Source: Candidatus Eiseniibacteriota bacterium (GTDB lineage: Bacteria; Arandabacterota; Arandabacteria; Arandabacterales; Arandabacteraceae). Taken from it: DNA of 64,000 bases. The notes below the pieces were generated by a model. It was not told where the DNA came from, did not search any database, and was given only the letters and a program-made list of their open reading frames with translations. The translations under genes were made by a program, and so were the position numbers. The stretch spans positions 18,800 to 82,799 of the forward strand of contig JBDRNT010000091.1 of the NCBI GenBank assembly GCA_043810925.1. The letters run 5' to 3'. Of the stretch, positions 10,124-20,638 are shown in pieces. Each line of letters opens with the position of its first letter. The stretch's first letter is position 1.

Positions 10124-11317
10124 TTATTTCAAGAGCCATCCGGCCGGATCAAGCGGCTCCTTTCCCTTCCTTATCTCGAAGTGAAGAACAGCACCCTCCG
10201 GGGTGCTCGTCTCACCGATGAACCCTATCGCGTCGCCCTCTTTGACATCATAACCGGCGCCAACGAGAAGCGATTCGAGATGACCGTAAAGCGTATAGAA
10301 CCCGTCACCATGGCTTATCACGATGCCGTTGCCGAAACCGGACAGCGCACCTGCGAAACTCACCGTTCCCGTCCCGACGGATCTTACTTTGCTTCCGGGT
10401 AGAGCTCTTATGTTGATCCCGTTATTCCTTATTATCGTCCCAAAGCGGGGGTGCGTTTCAACACCGAACCCCGACACCACTTCTCCCTCGCACGGCCACA
10501 TCAGATTCCCCATTCGTCCACCGAAAGACGTCCCCGTGTAACGAACGGTTTCCCGTCTCTCCTCAAGCCGCCCAAGCAGCGCCTCGAGATTCTTGCTTGC
10601 CTCCTCCAGCTTGTCAGCGAGGCTCTCATAGTAATATCGTTTCTCTTTGAGCTGCCTGAGAACCGCATCACGTTCCTCACGCCTGAGCTCCAGGTTACGG
10701 GTTTCCCCCTGCACCTCCCGCTCGACACCCTCGATTCTCGATTTCTTGGCCTCTATATGCTCCCTCAGTATGCGCCGCGTCTCGACCCGGCGCTCAAAGG
10801 CCGACATGATCTCTCTATCGTGATCTGCAACAACTGAAAGATAATAGATTCGCTTCGCAAGATCAGCAAAAGTCTTCGACATGAGAACCACTTCCATCAT
10901 CTCGCCCCGGCCGAACTTGTAAATCGCCCTTACCCGCTCGCTCAGAAGATCACTGGCTTGCCGGAAGGAACTCTCGGCAACCAAGAGGTCCTCATTGGCG
11001 ATCTCAAGATCCTGAAACAGCACCGCCTTCTGCTGCCCAAGCTTCGACAACAATTCCTTGTTTATCCGAATTTCCTCGTTGATTCGTTCCATGTCACCAA
11101 GTAGATCATGTTCCCGGCCCGCCAGTTCGGCGGCTTTCTGCTTCTTGTCCCTGAGATCTTCTCTGATGCGCTGGATCTCATCTTCTCTCAGTCTCATCTC
11201 CTCTTCGATTTCTTCCCTGGACGGCATCGCCTCCTCTTGTCCCCGACAGGGTGAAAGCGAGAACCCTACGACGATAGCAATCATGGAGATCAGGTATGTC
11301 TTCGCGAGTAGTCTCAA
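10124..11317 (-). CDS. Coiled-coil M23 peptidase, EnvC-like murein hydrolase activator
   Basis: 397 aa; signal peptide, long coiled-coil N-half, C-terminal LytM/M23 domain (HGDGFYTLYGHL...GETSTPEGAVLHFEIRKG). Immediately downstream of ftsEX. Confidence 0.8.
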   Translation of the reverse strand: MRLLAKTYLISMIAIVVGFSLSPCRGQEEAMPSREEIEEEMRLREDEIQRIREDLRDKKQKAAELAGREHDLLGDMERINEEIRINKELLSKLGQQKAVLFQDLEIANEDLLVAESSFRQASDLLSERVRAIYKFGRGEMMEVVLMSKTFADLAKRIYYLSVVADHDREIMSAFERRVETRRILREHIEAKKSRIEGVEREVQGETRNLELRREERDAVLRQLKEKRYYYESLADKLEEASKNLEALLGRLEERRETVRYTGTSFGGRMGNLMWPCEGEVVSGFGVETHPRFGTIIRNNGINIRALPGSKVRSVGTGTVSFAGALSGFGNGIVISHGDGFYTLYGHLESLLVGAGYDVKEGDAIGFIGETSTPEGAVLHFEIRKGKEPLDPAGWLLK

Positions 11318-12177
11318 TTTTCCGATTTCTCCTCAAGGAAGGACCTCACGGAGACCCAACTGCCGACCGCAGCGACGGCCACGCCGAAAACAGCGAAGAA
11401 GACGACCATTTCCCAGGGCATGAATGCGGCCTGGGGGACTTTAACCCCGACCGCCCGGTAGCCGACATAGAGAACCAGGAATGAAAGGCATACCGATATC
11501 GCCCCGTGTATCACTCCCTCAATCAGGAATGGCGCCATGATGAAATAATCCGTCGCACCCACAAGCTTGAGAAGTCTTATCATCTCCTTCCGTGCAAAGA
11601 CCGTAAGCCTGACCGTGTATGATACGGTCACAACAGCGGCTATTCCGACAATCAGTCCGACCACGATGTCCACGATGGCGAAGACCCTCACTATCTTCTC
11701 GAGTATCGTGATCCATCCTCTGCCGTAGCTGATGTCCTCTACCCCGCGTAGTTTCTCTATTCGTTCCGCAACCCCGATCACCCGGTCCCTCAGTCTGTAC
11801 TGGGGTTTCAGGGTAATTTCAAGTGAGGCCGGAAGCGGGTTCTTGTCCATCGCATCGAGAATGTGGCTTCTTGAACCGAATTCCTCCCGTAGCCGGCCGA
11901 GCGCCGTCTCGGGATCCACATAGCGCATATCCTTGATGAAAGGAATTGATCCGATCTCCGTCATGAGTGAATCAACGCCCGCCTGCGAGACTTCGCCGTC
12001 AAGAAACGCAACTATTTCGACCTTCCCGTGGGCGAATTTCAGAACCTCGCGGAGGTTTGCTGTCGCCACCAGGAAGATGCCGAAGATCAGCAAAGAGCAC
12101 GTGATTATGATGATGCATGCAACCGACATGAACCCTGCACGCTTCATCCCCGAAAGGGCTTGATTCATGTGATACAC
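11314..12177 (-). CDS. ftsX: Cell-division ABC transporter permease FtsX
   Basis: 287 aa, 4 TM, large first periplasmic loop; 4-bp overlap with envC-like gene and 13-bp overlap with ftsE. Confidence 0.85.
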   Translation of the reverse strand: MYHMNQALSGMKRAGFMSVACIIIITCSLLIFGIFLVATANLREVLKFAHGKVEIVAFLDGEVSQAGVDSLMTEIGSIPFIKDMRYVDPETALGRLREEFGSRSHILDAMDKNPLPASLEITLKPQYRLRDRVIGVAERIEKLRGVEDISYGRGWITILEKIVRVFAIVDIVVGLIVGIAAVVTVSYTVRLTVFARKEMIRLLKLVGATDYFIMAPFLIEGVIHGAISVCLSFLVLYVGYRAVGVKVPQAAFMPWEMVVFFAVFGVAVAAVGSWVSVRSFLEEKSEN

Positions 12178-12848
12178 TGGTCCGGCCCCCCGTCTTCCGT
12201 GATCCTACCTTGCTCGATCTTGATCACTCGTTTGCCCAGCCATTCGGCATGTCGAAGATCGTGTGTCGCCACGAGCACTGATGTGCCGCCCCTGTTGATG
12301 TCGAGGAGAAGATCGAATATCTGTTCGGACGTCTCCGGATCGAGGTTCCCGGTGGGCTCATCGGCAAGCAATATTGCGGGCCTCAGCGCCATCGCGCGCG
12401 CTATGGCGACCCGCTGCTGTTCCCCGCCCGAGAGTTTCTGCGGGAACTGATGTCTCTTCGATGCAAGGCCGACGGAGTAGAGCACGCTGTTGGCCCGCTT
12501 TCTGATATCAGCTTCTCTTCGGCCCGCGGCCCGCAGCGGGAGCATAACGTTCTCAAATGCCGTGAGCTCCCTCAGGAGCCTGAACTCCTGAAAGACAACT
12601 CCTACCTGTCTCCTGAGCAACGCAGTCCGCTTGCGGCTGATCGAGGCGGAGTTGTACTCCCCGACGACGACTTCTCCGTCGGAGGGACGCTCACCCATAT
12701 AGATCATCTTGAGAAGTGTCGTCTTCCCGGCCCCGGAAGGCCCGATCACGAAAGCGAATTCCCCCTTGTCCACGGACAGATTTATGGATTCAAGGGCGGC
12801 GCTGCCCTCCTTATAGATCTTGCTCACGTTTTTGAACTCAACCAGCAT
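12165..12848 (-). CDS. ftsE: Cell-division ABC ATPase FtsE
   Basis: 227 aa; Walker A GPSGAGKTT, signature LSGGEQQRVAIARA, Walker B ILLADEPTGNLD. Confidence 0.9.
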   Translation of the reverse strand: MLVEFKNVSKIYKEGSAALESINLSVDKGEFAFVIGPSGAGKTTLLKMIYMGERPSDGEVVVGEYNSASISRKRTALLRRQVGVVFQEFRLLRELTAFENVMLPLRAAGRREADIRKRANSVLYSVGLASKRHQFPQKLSGGEQQRVAIARAMALRPAILLADEPTGNLDPETSEQIFDLLLDINRGGTSVLVATHDLRHAEWLGKRVIKIEQGRITEDGGPDQCIT

Positions 12849-13833
12849 GTCTTAACCTCTTTGCTATTCTGACACATTCGAGGGTTGCTTTCACCATGCT
12901 CTTCTCGGAGGCGGGACACTTGCCGACGATATCGAATGCCGTGCCATGACCCGGAGAAGTTCTCACGCACGGAATCCCCAGTGTGATGTTGACCACATCG
13001 TCGTGTCCCCGTTGCCTCAGCGCTATCATACCCTGGTCATGATACATAGCAAGGATGGCATCGAATCTACCGGCAAAAGTCGGCCTATAAATGGAATCGG
13101 CAGGATACGGACCGTCTGCACATATACCTTGGTCGCGCGCCATCCGAATGGCCGGCTCGATTACGCGTTGTTCCTCGCGCCCAACGCGGCCACCCTCACC
13201 ACAATGAGGATTGAGACAGGTCACCCCGATCCGTGCATCCGGGATCCCCATATACAGATTGAGGTAATCCCGGGTCAGTTTGAGTTTGTTCAAGATCCCC
13301 CGTTTCGTTAACCGGCCGGCAACGCAGCGCAGTGCAACGTGTGATGTCGCAAACACGATGCGCAGATTGCCCCGCAGAATCATCATTCCGTAAATCTTGC
13401 TCCCCGTAAGCCTCGCGATCAGCTCCGTATGCCCGACCATGCCGTAGCCCGCAAGCGCGAGTGATTCTTTTGAGACAGGGGCGGTGACTATTCCTGCTAC
13501 ATCGCCGGAGACCGCGAGCCGCACAGCCTCTTCGATCGCTCTGCCCGCTACGCGTCCTGCCTCGCGTGACGATCTGCCGGTGGCGGGCCTTCCTGAAACC
13601 CGTCCCACGTCAACTACGGCAACGCCGTCGTCCGTGCGGCGGCCCAGTGTGGCAGAGCCTCTGAGTTTTACCGTAATCCCGCTGCGGCGGGCCAACCCTC
13701 GAAGAAAGCGGGAATCTCCGACTATCACGGGCTCGCATACCTTGGTTACCGAGGGACTGCAGGCCGTCCTCAGCGATATCTCGGGTCCGATCCCGCCTAT
13801 GTCACCCATACAGAGCGCGATTCTAGCCCGCAT
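12838..13833 (-). CDS. pdxA: 4-hydroxythreonine-4-phosphate dehydrogenase PdxA
   Basis: 331 aa; PdxA family motifs (GDIGGIGPEI, NPHCGEGG, MYHDQG). Confidence 0.85.
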   Translation of the reverse strand: MRARIALCMGDIGGIGPEISLRTACSPSVTKVCEPVIVGDSRFLRGLARRSGITVKLRGSATLGRRTDDGVAVVDVGRVSGRPATGRSSREAGRVAGRAIEEAVRLAVSGDVAGIVTAPVSKESLALAGYGMVGHTELIARLTGSKIYGMMILRGNLRIVFATSHVALRCVAGRLTKRGILNKLKLTRDYLNLYMGIPDARIGVTCLNPHCGEGGRVGREEQRVIEPAIRMARDQGICADGPYPADSIYRPTFAGRFDAILAMYHDQGMIALRQRGHDDVVNITLGIPCVRTSPGHGTAFDIVGKCPASEKSMVKATLECVRIAKRLRHAG

Positions 13834-13884
13834 TATTCATAAACCTCGGTCCACCATATATCCTCAGGTACGTGCAGGGCGGTT

Positions 13885-14154
13885 TCAGCAGAGCGGATCC
13901 CGGTGTTCACGATCTATGATCCTGTAACACTCCTCCCCGTCTTTGCGTTTGCAGTTTCTACCGGGAAGGCTGAGCACCTCGATCTCAAGGAACTCATCTC
14001 GGAGGTCAAGTGTGATGATCCGGCCACAGTCGATCTCCTTGCCCGCTTTGGCCTTCCTCCCATCCACACCGACAGAGCCTCTGTCACAGATCTCCTTGGC
14101 AAGAGACCTCTGCTTTATCAAGCCGGTCCTCTTCAGGAAAATATCAAGCCGCAA
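13885..14154 (-). CDS. S4-domain RNA-binding protein
   Basis: 89 aa; MRLDIFLKRTGLIKQRSLAKEICDRGSVGVDGRKAK matches S4 RNA-binding fold pattern. Confidence 0.5.
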   Translation of the reverse strand: MRLDIFLKRTGLIKQRSLAKEICDRGSVGVDGRKAKAGKEIDCGRIITLDLRDEFLEIEVLSLPGRNCKRKDGEECYRIIDREHRDPLC

Positions 14155-14177
14155 GATTCCGTACTTCCGGTTCAGAA

Positions 14178-15464
14178 TTACAGTCGCTTGACGTATATCT
14201 CTTCTCTTGCCTCCTCAAGCCACTCCGTGAAGAGCGCTTCTCTCTTCCTTGTTTCAACGACACCTCTGATCCACTCCCTCGCCTCTTCAAGACTCGGTCT
14301 CCGGCTCGCCGACCTCCCCATAAGCTTCAGAATCTGGAAACCGAACCGGGTCTTGATAACATCGGACACGTCACCGGGATTCAGGCCCTCCAACCCACGG
14401 CTGTAACCCTCCTCCAGCGCAGAGACTTCCACCTGCCCAACATAACCCCCCTCTTCCCTTGTGTCCTCATCATCACTGTATTGCCTGGCCAACGATTCAA
14501 AACTCTCACCCGATGCCGCACGTGACCTCACTTCCTCCGCGAGGTCAGCCGCACTCAGCGTGTCCTCCCTGGCCGGCTGCAATTTGACCAGTATGTGTCT
14601 AAGTCTGTACTTGTCCTCCTGCCTCCCGTCGAGCTTCACAATCTCGAATCCATAGCGTGTCCTTATCGGATCCGATACATGACCGGGCTCAAGTGCGATC
14701 GCAATATCCGCTATCTCCCCCTGAAGATCATCGAGTCGAACAAGCCCGATCATACCACCGTCATCCCGGGTCAGAACATCGTCGGACACTTCGGCCGCTA
14801 CACTTTCAAAAGGCTCGTTCCTGTTGATCCTGGTCACAATCCTGTCGATCTTCTCGACGGCCTCCGCTTCACGCTCGGCGGAGATCTTGGGAACGATTAT
14901 GATGTGGGAAAGACCTACGGCCTCCGGAAGCCCCGGGATTGAGTCGTACTTGGTCTCATAGAAGTCGCTGATCTCGGTCTCGGAAACACGTATCTCACCG
15001 AATTCCTGCCTCATGAATCTCGATACAAGCAGCTGCTCTTCTATGTCTCTTCTGTAGCGCGTCTTAAACTCTTTAAGCGTGATACCCTGCCGTTTGAGCT
15101 CGCCAAGGAATGCGCTTTCGGACCCTGCGGTGGCGATCATCTCACCAAGCCACTGGTCGAGTGCGTCCTCGACATCCGTTCTGGTCACCTCAATCTCCAG
15201 CGCCCTTGCTTTCGCGATCACGATTCTTCGATCGATGACACTTTCAAGCAAGGCCTCGCGCATCATCTCTACCTCCGCCGAGTCTCCGGGCATCGGCTCG
15301 CCCCTCACACTTCGCAGGTAGAGATCCTCGGCCAACGCCGCATCTACATCACTCAGAAAGATCGGATCCGCATCGACGATCGCAACGATGCGATCCACGA
15401 GTTCCTCTGCAGCTACGGTCGTCGCGAGGAGTAACGCGATCAAGAATGCGATATGTGTTTTCAA
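14178..15464 (-). CDS. surA: SurA-like periplasmic chaperone / parvulin PPIase
   Basis: 428 aa; signal peptide, SurA N-domain, two PpiC-type rotamase domains; adjacent to pdxA as in the E. coli surA-pdxA cluster. Confidence 0.75.
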   Translation of the reverse strand: MKTHIAFLIALLLATTVAAEELVDRIVAIVDADPIFLSDVDAALAEDLYLRSVRGEPMPGDSAEVEMMREALLESVIDRRIVIAKARALEIEVTRTDVEDALDQWLGEMIATAGSESAFLGELKRQGITLKEFKTRYRRDIEEQLLVSRFMRQEFGEIRVSETEISDFYETKYDSIPGLPEAVGLSHIIIVPKISAEREAEAVEKIDRIVTRINRNEPFESVAAEVSDDVLTRDDGGMIGLVRLDDLQGEIADIAIALEPGHVSDPIRTRYGFEIVKLDGRQEDKYRLRHILVKLQPAREDTLSAADLAEEVRSRAASGESFESLARQYSDDEDTREEGGYVGQVEVSALEEGYSRGLEGLNPGDVSDVIKTRFGFQILKLMGRSASRRPSLEEAREWIRGVVETRKREALFTEWLEEAREEIYVKRL

Positions 15465-17170
15465 TCCTCCTGCCCCCTCAGTTCGACGAACTTGATCTGC
15501 GCCAGGGCATCGGGGTAGATCTCGACGTCGAGCTCATCCATCTTCTCCCGCAGCCACCCTCCGAAGGCCTTGTCCTGCTCGACCTGGAGCATAGTCTGGC
15601 CGAGCATCTCCCGGACCTCCTCGAACTCGAGCGGCCGTGATTCTATCTTCTCAAGGACCCTCAGCACCATATACCCGTCCGGTCCAAAACCGGGAGGAAC
15701 CATCAGCGGCTCGGAATAGGCCCCGGTATCGAGTGTCATCACAAGATCTTCTATCTCCGGGAACTGCTCGAGCTGCCGCTGGTAAAGCGTTCTACCGATC
15801 TTGCCGCCGTTCTTGGCTGTTGCGGCATCTATCGAGTTTTCGCGGGCAAGATCCTCAAATCCTGAGCCGGTACTAAGCGCGTCATAGACCTGATCGGCCT
15901 CATCCTCAGAAGCCACGATTATGACTGCAAGATCGGCCCCCGACTCCGAGACGAGATCCGCCTTCTTCGTTTCATAGAGTGCCAGGAGGCTGTCCTCCTC
16001 CACCTTGACACCCGCGATCAGCTGCTGGTGCATCTCCGTTACTACACGCTCTTCGACGGCTCTCTCTGCAGCCTTCACGGCTTTGGGGTCCTTGTCATAC
16101 CCCTCGGTATGTATCTCCAGGCCCCAGAGCTCCCCGGTTATGAAGTCCGTGATCACCGACGTTACGGCCTCGGTATCCGTTCCGAAAGCCGGGCGGAAAT
16201 ACTCGTGCTGCGCCTTGACCCTCTCGGCGTAGTCCCTTACCTTCCACTCTCCACCTTCGAAGGTAGCCACCGTCCTGCCAAGATCCTCATCCGAAAACTC
16301 CGGGACCTCTCCCGGCGGGTCGTCCTCCGAGTCGTAGATGGCTCTCGTCTTCGCGACAATCATGTCGATGACATCATCCTTGAAGGTGAGGTTGTACTTC
16401 GCGCGCAATTCGTCAGCCACGTCTTTCTGCAGCATGTTCTCCTTGCGCATTCTTGCCAGTGACTCAAGACCGCTGCGCGCCGCCTCGAAGTCCGGCTGTT
16501 CCACCGGCTGTTTGTCAAACAACTTGACCAGAATATAAAAGCCACTATAGACGATCGGCTCACTGACCTCTCCCGCCGACATCATCATCAACATGTCTTC
16601 CACTTCTGCGGGCAGGGTCCCCAGGGCTCTTGTCCCGATGTCCCCACCCTGATCGCGGGTGGCGTCGATTGAGAAGATCGAGGCAAGTTTGCTGAAATCC
16701 TCACCCTTCTCGATCCTCGCACGGATGTCCCCGGCAAGCGCACCGGATCTTACGAATATCCATCCGATGTGATAGGAATAGCGCTGGCGCGAGAAGATAC
16801 CCTGCAGATCGTCGTCGGTCAGGTCTACCTGTGATCTTATCCGGTCCTCGTAGAAAACCTGCCACGCAGCCGACCGAAGTGTGCTCTTGCCGAGCTCGAC
16901 CACATCCGGATTCCTGTCGAGACCGACATCCTTCGCCTCCCTGTAAAGCAGCTCTTTGCTGACCACGTCTCTGGCGAACTGCTCCTTCTCGTCAATTGTG
17001 ATGAGATCCGGCCGTGCATCCCGCGATATCGCGAGATATTCCTCCTTGAGCATTCCCACGGTGATGACTTCATCGCCGATGCGTGCGGCTACCTTCTCAT
17101 CCGTCTGGCCGCATGACAGGGAAATAAAGACGACCCCAATGATACAGCCCGCTAAAACGTTTCGTCGCAT
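15461..17170 (-). CDS. SurA/PpiD-family parvulin-type peptidyl-prolyl isomerase (second paralog)
   Basis: 569 aa; signal/lipobox (FISLSC), SurA_N-like region and parvulin rotamase domain; 4-bp overlap with downstream surA. Confidence 0.7.
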   Translation of the reverse strand: MRRNVLAGCIIGVVFISLSCGQTDEKVAARIGDEVITVGMLKEEYLAISRDARPDLITIDEKEQFARDVVSKELLYREAKDVGLDRNPDVVELGKSTLRSAAWQVFYEDRIRSQVDLTDDDLQGIFSRQRYSYHIGWIFVRSGALAGDIRARIEKGEDFSKLASIFSIDATRDQGGDIGTRALGTLPAEVEDMLMMMSAGEVSEPIVYSGFYILVKLFDKQPVEQPDFEAARSGLESLARMRKENMLQKDVADELRAKYNLTFKDDVIDMIVAKTRAIYDSEDDPPGEVPEFSDEDLGRTVATFEGGEWKVRDYAERVKAQHEYFRPAFGTDTEAVTSVITDFITGELWGLEIHTEGYDKDPKAVKAAERAVEERVVTEMHQQLIAGVKVEEDSLLALYETKKADLVSESGADLAVIIVASEDEADQVYDALSTGSGFEDLARENSIDAATAKNGGKIGRTLYQRQLEQFPEIEDLVMTLDTGAYSEPLMVPPGFGPDGYMVLRVLEKIESRPLEFEEVREMLGQTMLQVEQDKAFGGWLREKMDELDVEIYPDALAQIKFVELRGQED

Positions 17171-17197
17171 GGTTATTTCTCCTCTCTCCGAGCCGAA

Positions 17198-20100
17198 TTA
17201 TAACAACCCCAAAAGGGCATTCAACACCTTTCTGGTAACGCCGAGGCGGTCATCGTCGCCGGTCGGGACATGACTCAGGCTTATGCTGGGACGTTCGGCC
17301 GCCCGGATCTCGATATCGACCCCCGCTTTCACGATATTCTCGATTCCCTCAACGGAAGGCGCCTTGTCCTTCGCCGCCTCAAGCACGATCGCGGATCTCT
17401 TTACAACGACCCGTTCGATGCCGGCTTTGCTCGCCAGGATCCTGATCACCTGGAAACGGAGCAGATTCTTGGCCTGCACAGGGACCGGTCCATACCTGTC
17501 AACCAGTTCCAGTTCGAGTTGCTCGATGTCGTCGGTCTCTCTGGTGGCGACAAGCCGTTTGTAGAATACCACCCGCTGCCTCTCATCCTCAACGTAGGTG
17601 CTCGGTATCAATGCCGACAGATCGGTCTCAACCTTGGTCTCCGCCCGTGATTCCATCGGCTCACCCTTGAGCTCCTTGACGGCTTCCTCAAGCAGCTTGC
17701 AGTAAAGATCAAACCCGACCTCGGCAATGTAACCGCTCTGCTGGGGTCCAAGGATGTTACCGGCACCCCTGATTTCGAGATCACGCATCGCTATCTTAAA
17801 ACCCGACCCGAGGTCAGTGAACTCGGTCAGGGTCTTGAGACGTTTACGCTGTTCATCGGTGAGGCGCTGTCTCCTTGGAACGAGCAGATACGCATAGGCC
17901 CTGTGTCTCGACCTTCCGACTCTTCCCCTCAGCTGATAGAGCTGCGCAAGCCCGAGTGTATCCGCACGATTGACGATAATCGTATTCACATTGGGGATAT
18001 CAAGTCCGGATTCGACGATCATGGTCGAGACGAGGATGTCGAACTCCTTCTCGACGAAATCCAGCATCACCTGCTCAAGCTCCTTTTCCTTCATCTGACC
18101 GTGTGCGACGCGGATACGTGCCTGAGGCAAGAGACTTGAAACGTGAGCCGCTATGGATGCGATGGATTCGACCCTGTTATGAACGAAAAAGACCTGCCCG
18201 CCTCTGTCCAGCTCTCTTAGGGCGGCGCTGATAATGATCTCGTCATCAAACTGCACCACGTCGGTCTCGACAGGCAACCGGTCCTTCGGAGGCGTATTTA
18301 TGATCGACATGTCCCTTGCCCCCAGAAGCGCCATGTGCAGTGTGCGCGGAATCGGGGTGGCCGTGAGTGTCAGGACATCGAGGGTCGCCCTGAGCTTCTT
18401 GAAGGTCTCCTTGTGAGCGACACCGAACCTCTGCTCCTCGTCGATGATCAAGAGACCGAGATCCTTGATTTCAACGTCCTTCTGGATCAGGCGATGCGTG
18501 CCTATCACGATGTCGACCCGCCCCTGCTTGAGACCCTCTATGATCGCCTTCTGCTCACGCCGCGACCTGAAACGACTCAACATTTCGACGATCACCGGAT
18601 AATCGGCCAGCCGCTCCTTGAACGTGTAGAAGTGCTGCTGGGCTAGCACCGTCGTCGGCACGAGCACCGCCACCTGTTTGCCGTCCATCACGGCCTTGAA
18701 AGCCGCCCTTATTGCGACTTCGGTCTTGCCGTAGCCTACATCACCACACACGAGACGGTCCATCGGCCGGGTGCTTTCCATATCGTTCTTGATCTCATCC
18801 GTTGCCCGCAGCTGATCCGGCGTGTCATCGTAGATGAAAGACGTTTCAAGTTCCTTCTGCCACCTTGTGTCCGGCTTGAATGCATGTCCGGGTCTCGCCC
18901 GCCGGAGCGCGTATATCTTTATCAGCTCTTCGGCCATCTCCTTGATCGCCTTCTTTGTTCTGGCCTTGGTGCGCTCCCAGCTTGCCCCACCGAGTTTGCT
19001 CAGGGCCGGCGGCTGGCCGTCCTTGCCGATATACTTCTGAAGAAGGTCGATCTGGTCTATCGGAACATAGAGTTTGTCCCCGCCCTGATAGTGAACCAGC
19101 AGGCACTCGGTTTGTCTTCCCTCAACCGTAAGCTCCTGGACTCCGCCGTACTGTCCGATCCCGTGATTGACATGGACGACAAAATCACCGGTATTGAGGA
19201 CCCGGTAGCTCTCCAGCGGGCCTTCGCCCCGGAACCGGGGATAACGCGGCTTCCTGGTATACCTTCCGAATATCTCGTGATCGGTTATGACCTTCAGATG
19301 GGCCTCCGGGTATATGAAACCCTGCCGGAGCGATCCCACACCGACGGTTGTTCCGCCGTTCTCATGGGATACAACTTCCTCGAGGCGCTCGGCCTGACCT
19401 ATGTTGTCACACAGAATGAAGGTCTCGTAGCCGGTCTGAAGCGACTCCTCAAGCACCGTGTTGAGTATCTTAAGACTTCCCCCGAAGGTCTCGGGGCTCC
19501 TGAAATCCAGGCTGTACGATTCTCCCGGGGCTTTTAGAGCGGAGACTTCAACAACTTTGCCGCCGAGTCCCCGGCATATGTCGTCGCCGAATCCACCGAA
19601 GACCGAGCCGGGCTCCGGCAGCCCGTTGGCCTTGCCCTTACGATCCTTAAACAGCACCTCGGCCTCTGAGAGTATGGCTTCGGACTTTTCCTCGAGCGAA
19701 TCCCTCTCCATAAGAACGTAGAGTGTTCCCTCGGGGAGATAGGAAGCTATCGTTGAATCGCTCGAATAGAAATACGGGGCATATGCTTCCATCCCGTCAA
19801 AGAAGAACCTGTCCTTGATGTGAAGCACGACGTCCTCGATCTGTCTTCCCCTGAGTCGCTTGCCCTTGAGACGGCCCATGAAACGTTCGATTGCACTCTC
19901 GCTCAAGACGATTTCCCGCGCCGGCAGGATTCTGAAGCTCTCGATATGGTGTATGGAACGCTGAGTGATCGGATCGAATTCCCTGATCGATTCAATATCA
20001 TTACCGAAAAATTCCACCCGGACAGGATTGTCGAGGCTCTGCGGGTAGATGTCTATGATTCCGCCTCGTGTGGCAAAGGTCCCGATGTCCTCCACGACCT

Positions 20101-20638
20101 GTCTGCGGGTGTATCCCATCCGGATCAGGCTCGAGACCATCTCCTCGGGGCCTATGGCATGACCCAGGCCAACTGTGACGATCGCTGCAGCAAGATCTTC
20201 GGGAGGTATGATCTTCCGCATCAGGGCCCTGAGCGGAATTACAACCACACCACTCCCGCCGTCCGCAAGGTGTGAGAGTGTCCTCAGGCGCGTACCGACA
20301 ATCGCCTCGTGTGGTGAGAACTCGTCATACGGCAGGATCTCCCAGTCGGGCATGTACCGCACCCCATCCTCACCCAGAAGGCTTTCCAGGTCTTCCCTGA
20401 TGTTCTCCGCCCCATCGGGGCAGATGACCGCTGTCGTGGTGCCGAGTTCGTTGTGGAGAATGCTCGTGAAGATCGACCTGCTTGAACCAACGAGACCGCT
20501 TACTCTCACCGGCCCCTCGGCCGACCTCGCCGCAGCCAGTATGCTTTCAACCGACGGGCTCCGATGTATCTTCTCAATTATGTGTGAGAGCATCTTCTTC
20601 CTGATCCTGCCTGAATCCGCGCCAGATATTGGAAGCAA
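17198..20638 (-). CDS. mfd: Transcription-repair coupling factor Mfd
   Basis: 1146 aa; UvrB-homology N-region, CarD-like domain, DEAD/DEAH helicase motifs (GDVGYGKTEVA, DEEQRFG), TRG motif. True start may be the internal Met at ~20593. Confidence 0.95.
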   Translation of the reverse strand: MLPISGADSGRIRKKMLSHIIEKIHRSPSVESILAAARSAEGPVRVSGLVGSSRSIFTSILHNELGTTTAVICPDGAENIREDLESLLGEDGVRYMPDWEILPYDEFSPHEAIVGTRLRTLSHLADGGSGVVVIPLRALMRKIIPPEDLAAAIVTVGLGHAIGPEEMVSSLIRMGYTRRQVVEDIGTFATRGGIIDIYPQSLDNPVRVEFFGNDIESIREFDPITQRSIHHIESFRILPAREIVLSESAIERFMGRLKGKRLRGRQIEDVVLHIKDRFFFDGMEAYAPYFYSSDSTIASYLPEGTLYVLMERDSLEEKSEAILSEAEVLFKDRKGKANGLPEPGSVFGGFGDDICRGLGGKVVEVSALKAPGESYSLDFRSPETFGGSLKILNTVLEESLQTGYETFILCDNIGQAERLEEVVSHENGGTTVGVGSLRQGFIYPEAHLKVITDHEIFGRYTRKPRYPRFRGEGPLESYRVLNTGDFVVHVNHGIGQYGGVQELTVEGRQTECLLVHYQGGDKLYVPIDQIDLLQKYIGKDGQPPALSKLGGASWERTKARTKKAIKEMAEELIKIYALRRARPGHAFKPDTRWQKELETSFIYDDTPDQLRATDEIKNDMESTRPMDRLVCGDVGYGKTEVAIRAAFKAVMDGKQVAVLVPTTVLAQQHFYTFKERLADYPVIVEMLSRFRSRREQKAIIEGLKQGRVDIVIGTHRLIQKDVEIKDLGLLIIDEEQRFGVAHKETFKKLRATLDVLTLTATPIPRTLHMALLGARDMSIINTPPKDRLPVETDVVQFDDEIIISAALRELDRGGQVFFVHNRVESIASIAAHVSSLLPQARIRVAHGQMKEKELEQVMLDFVEKEFDILVSTMIVESGLDIPNVNTIIVNRADTLGLAQLYQLRGRVGRSRHRAYAYLLVPRRQRLTDEQRKRLKTLTEFTDLGSGFKIAMRDLEIRGAGNILGPQQSGYIAEVGFDLYCKLLEEAVKELKGEPMESRAETKVETDLSALIPSTYVEDERQRVVFYKRLVATRETDDIEQLELELVDRYGPVPVQAKNLLRFQVIRILASKAGIERVVVKRSAIVLEAAKDKAPSVEGIENIVKAGVDIEIRAAERPSISLSHVPTGDDDRLGVTRKVLNALLGLL

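Noticed and set aside
18884..20275. Several 150-217-aa + strand ORFs (18884..19537, 19820..20275, 20175..20822)
   Set aside because: All lie antisense within mfd/batA-like coding sequence; compositionally biased; rejected as non-coding
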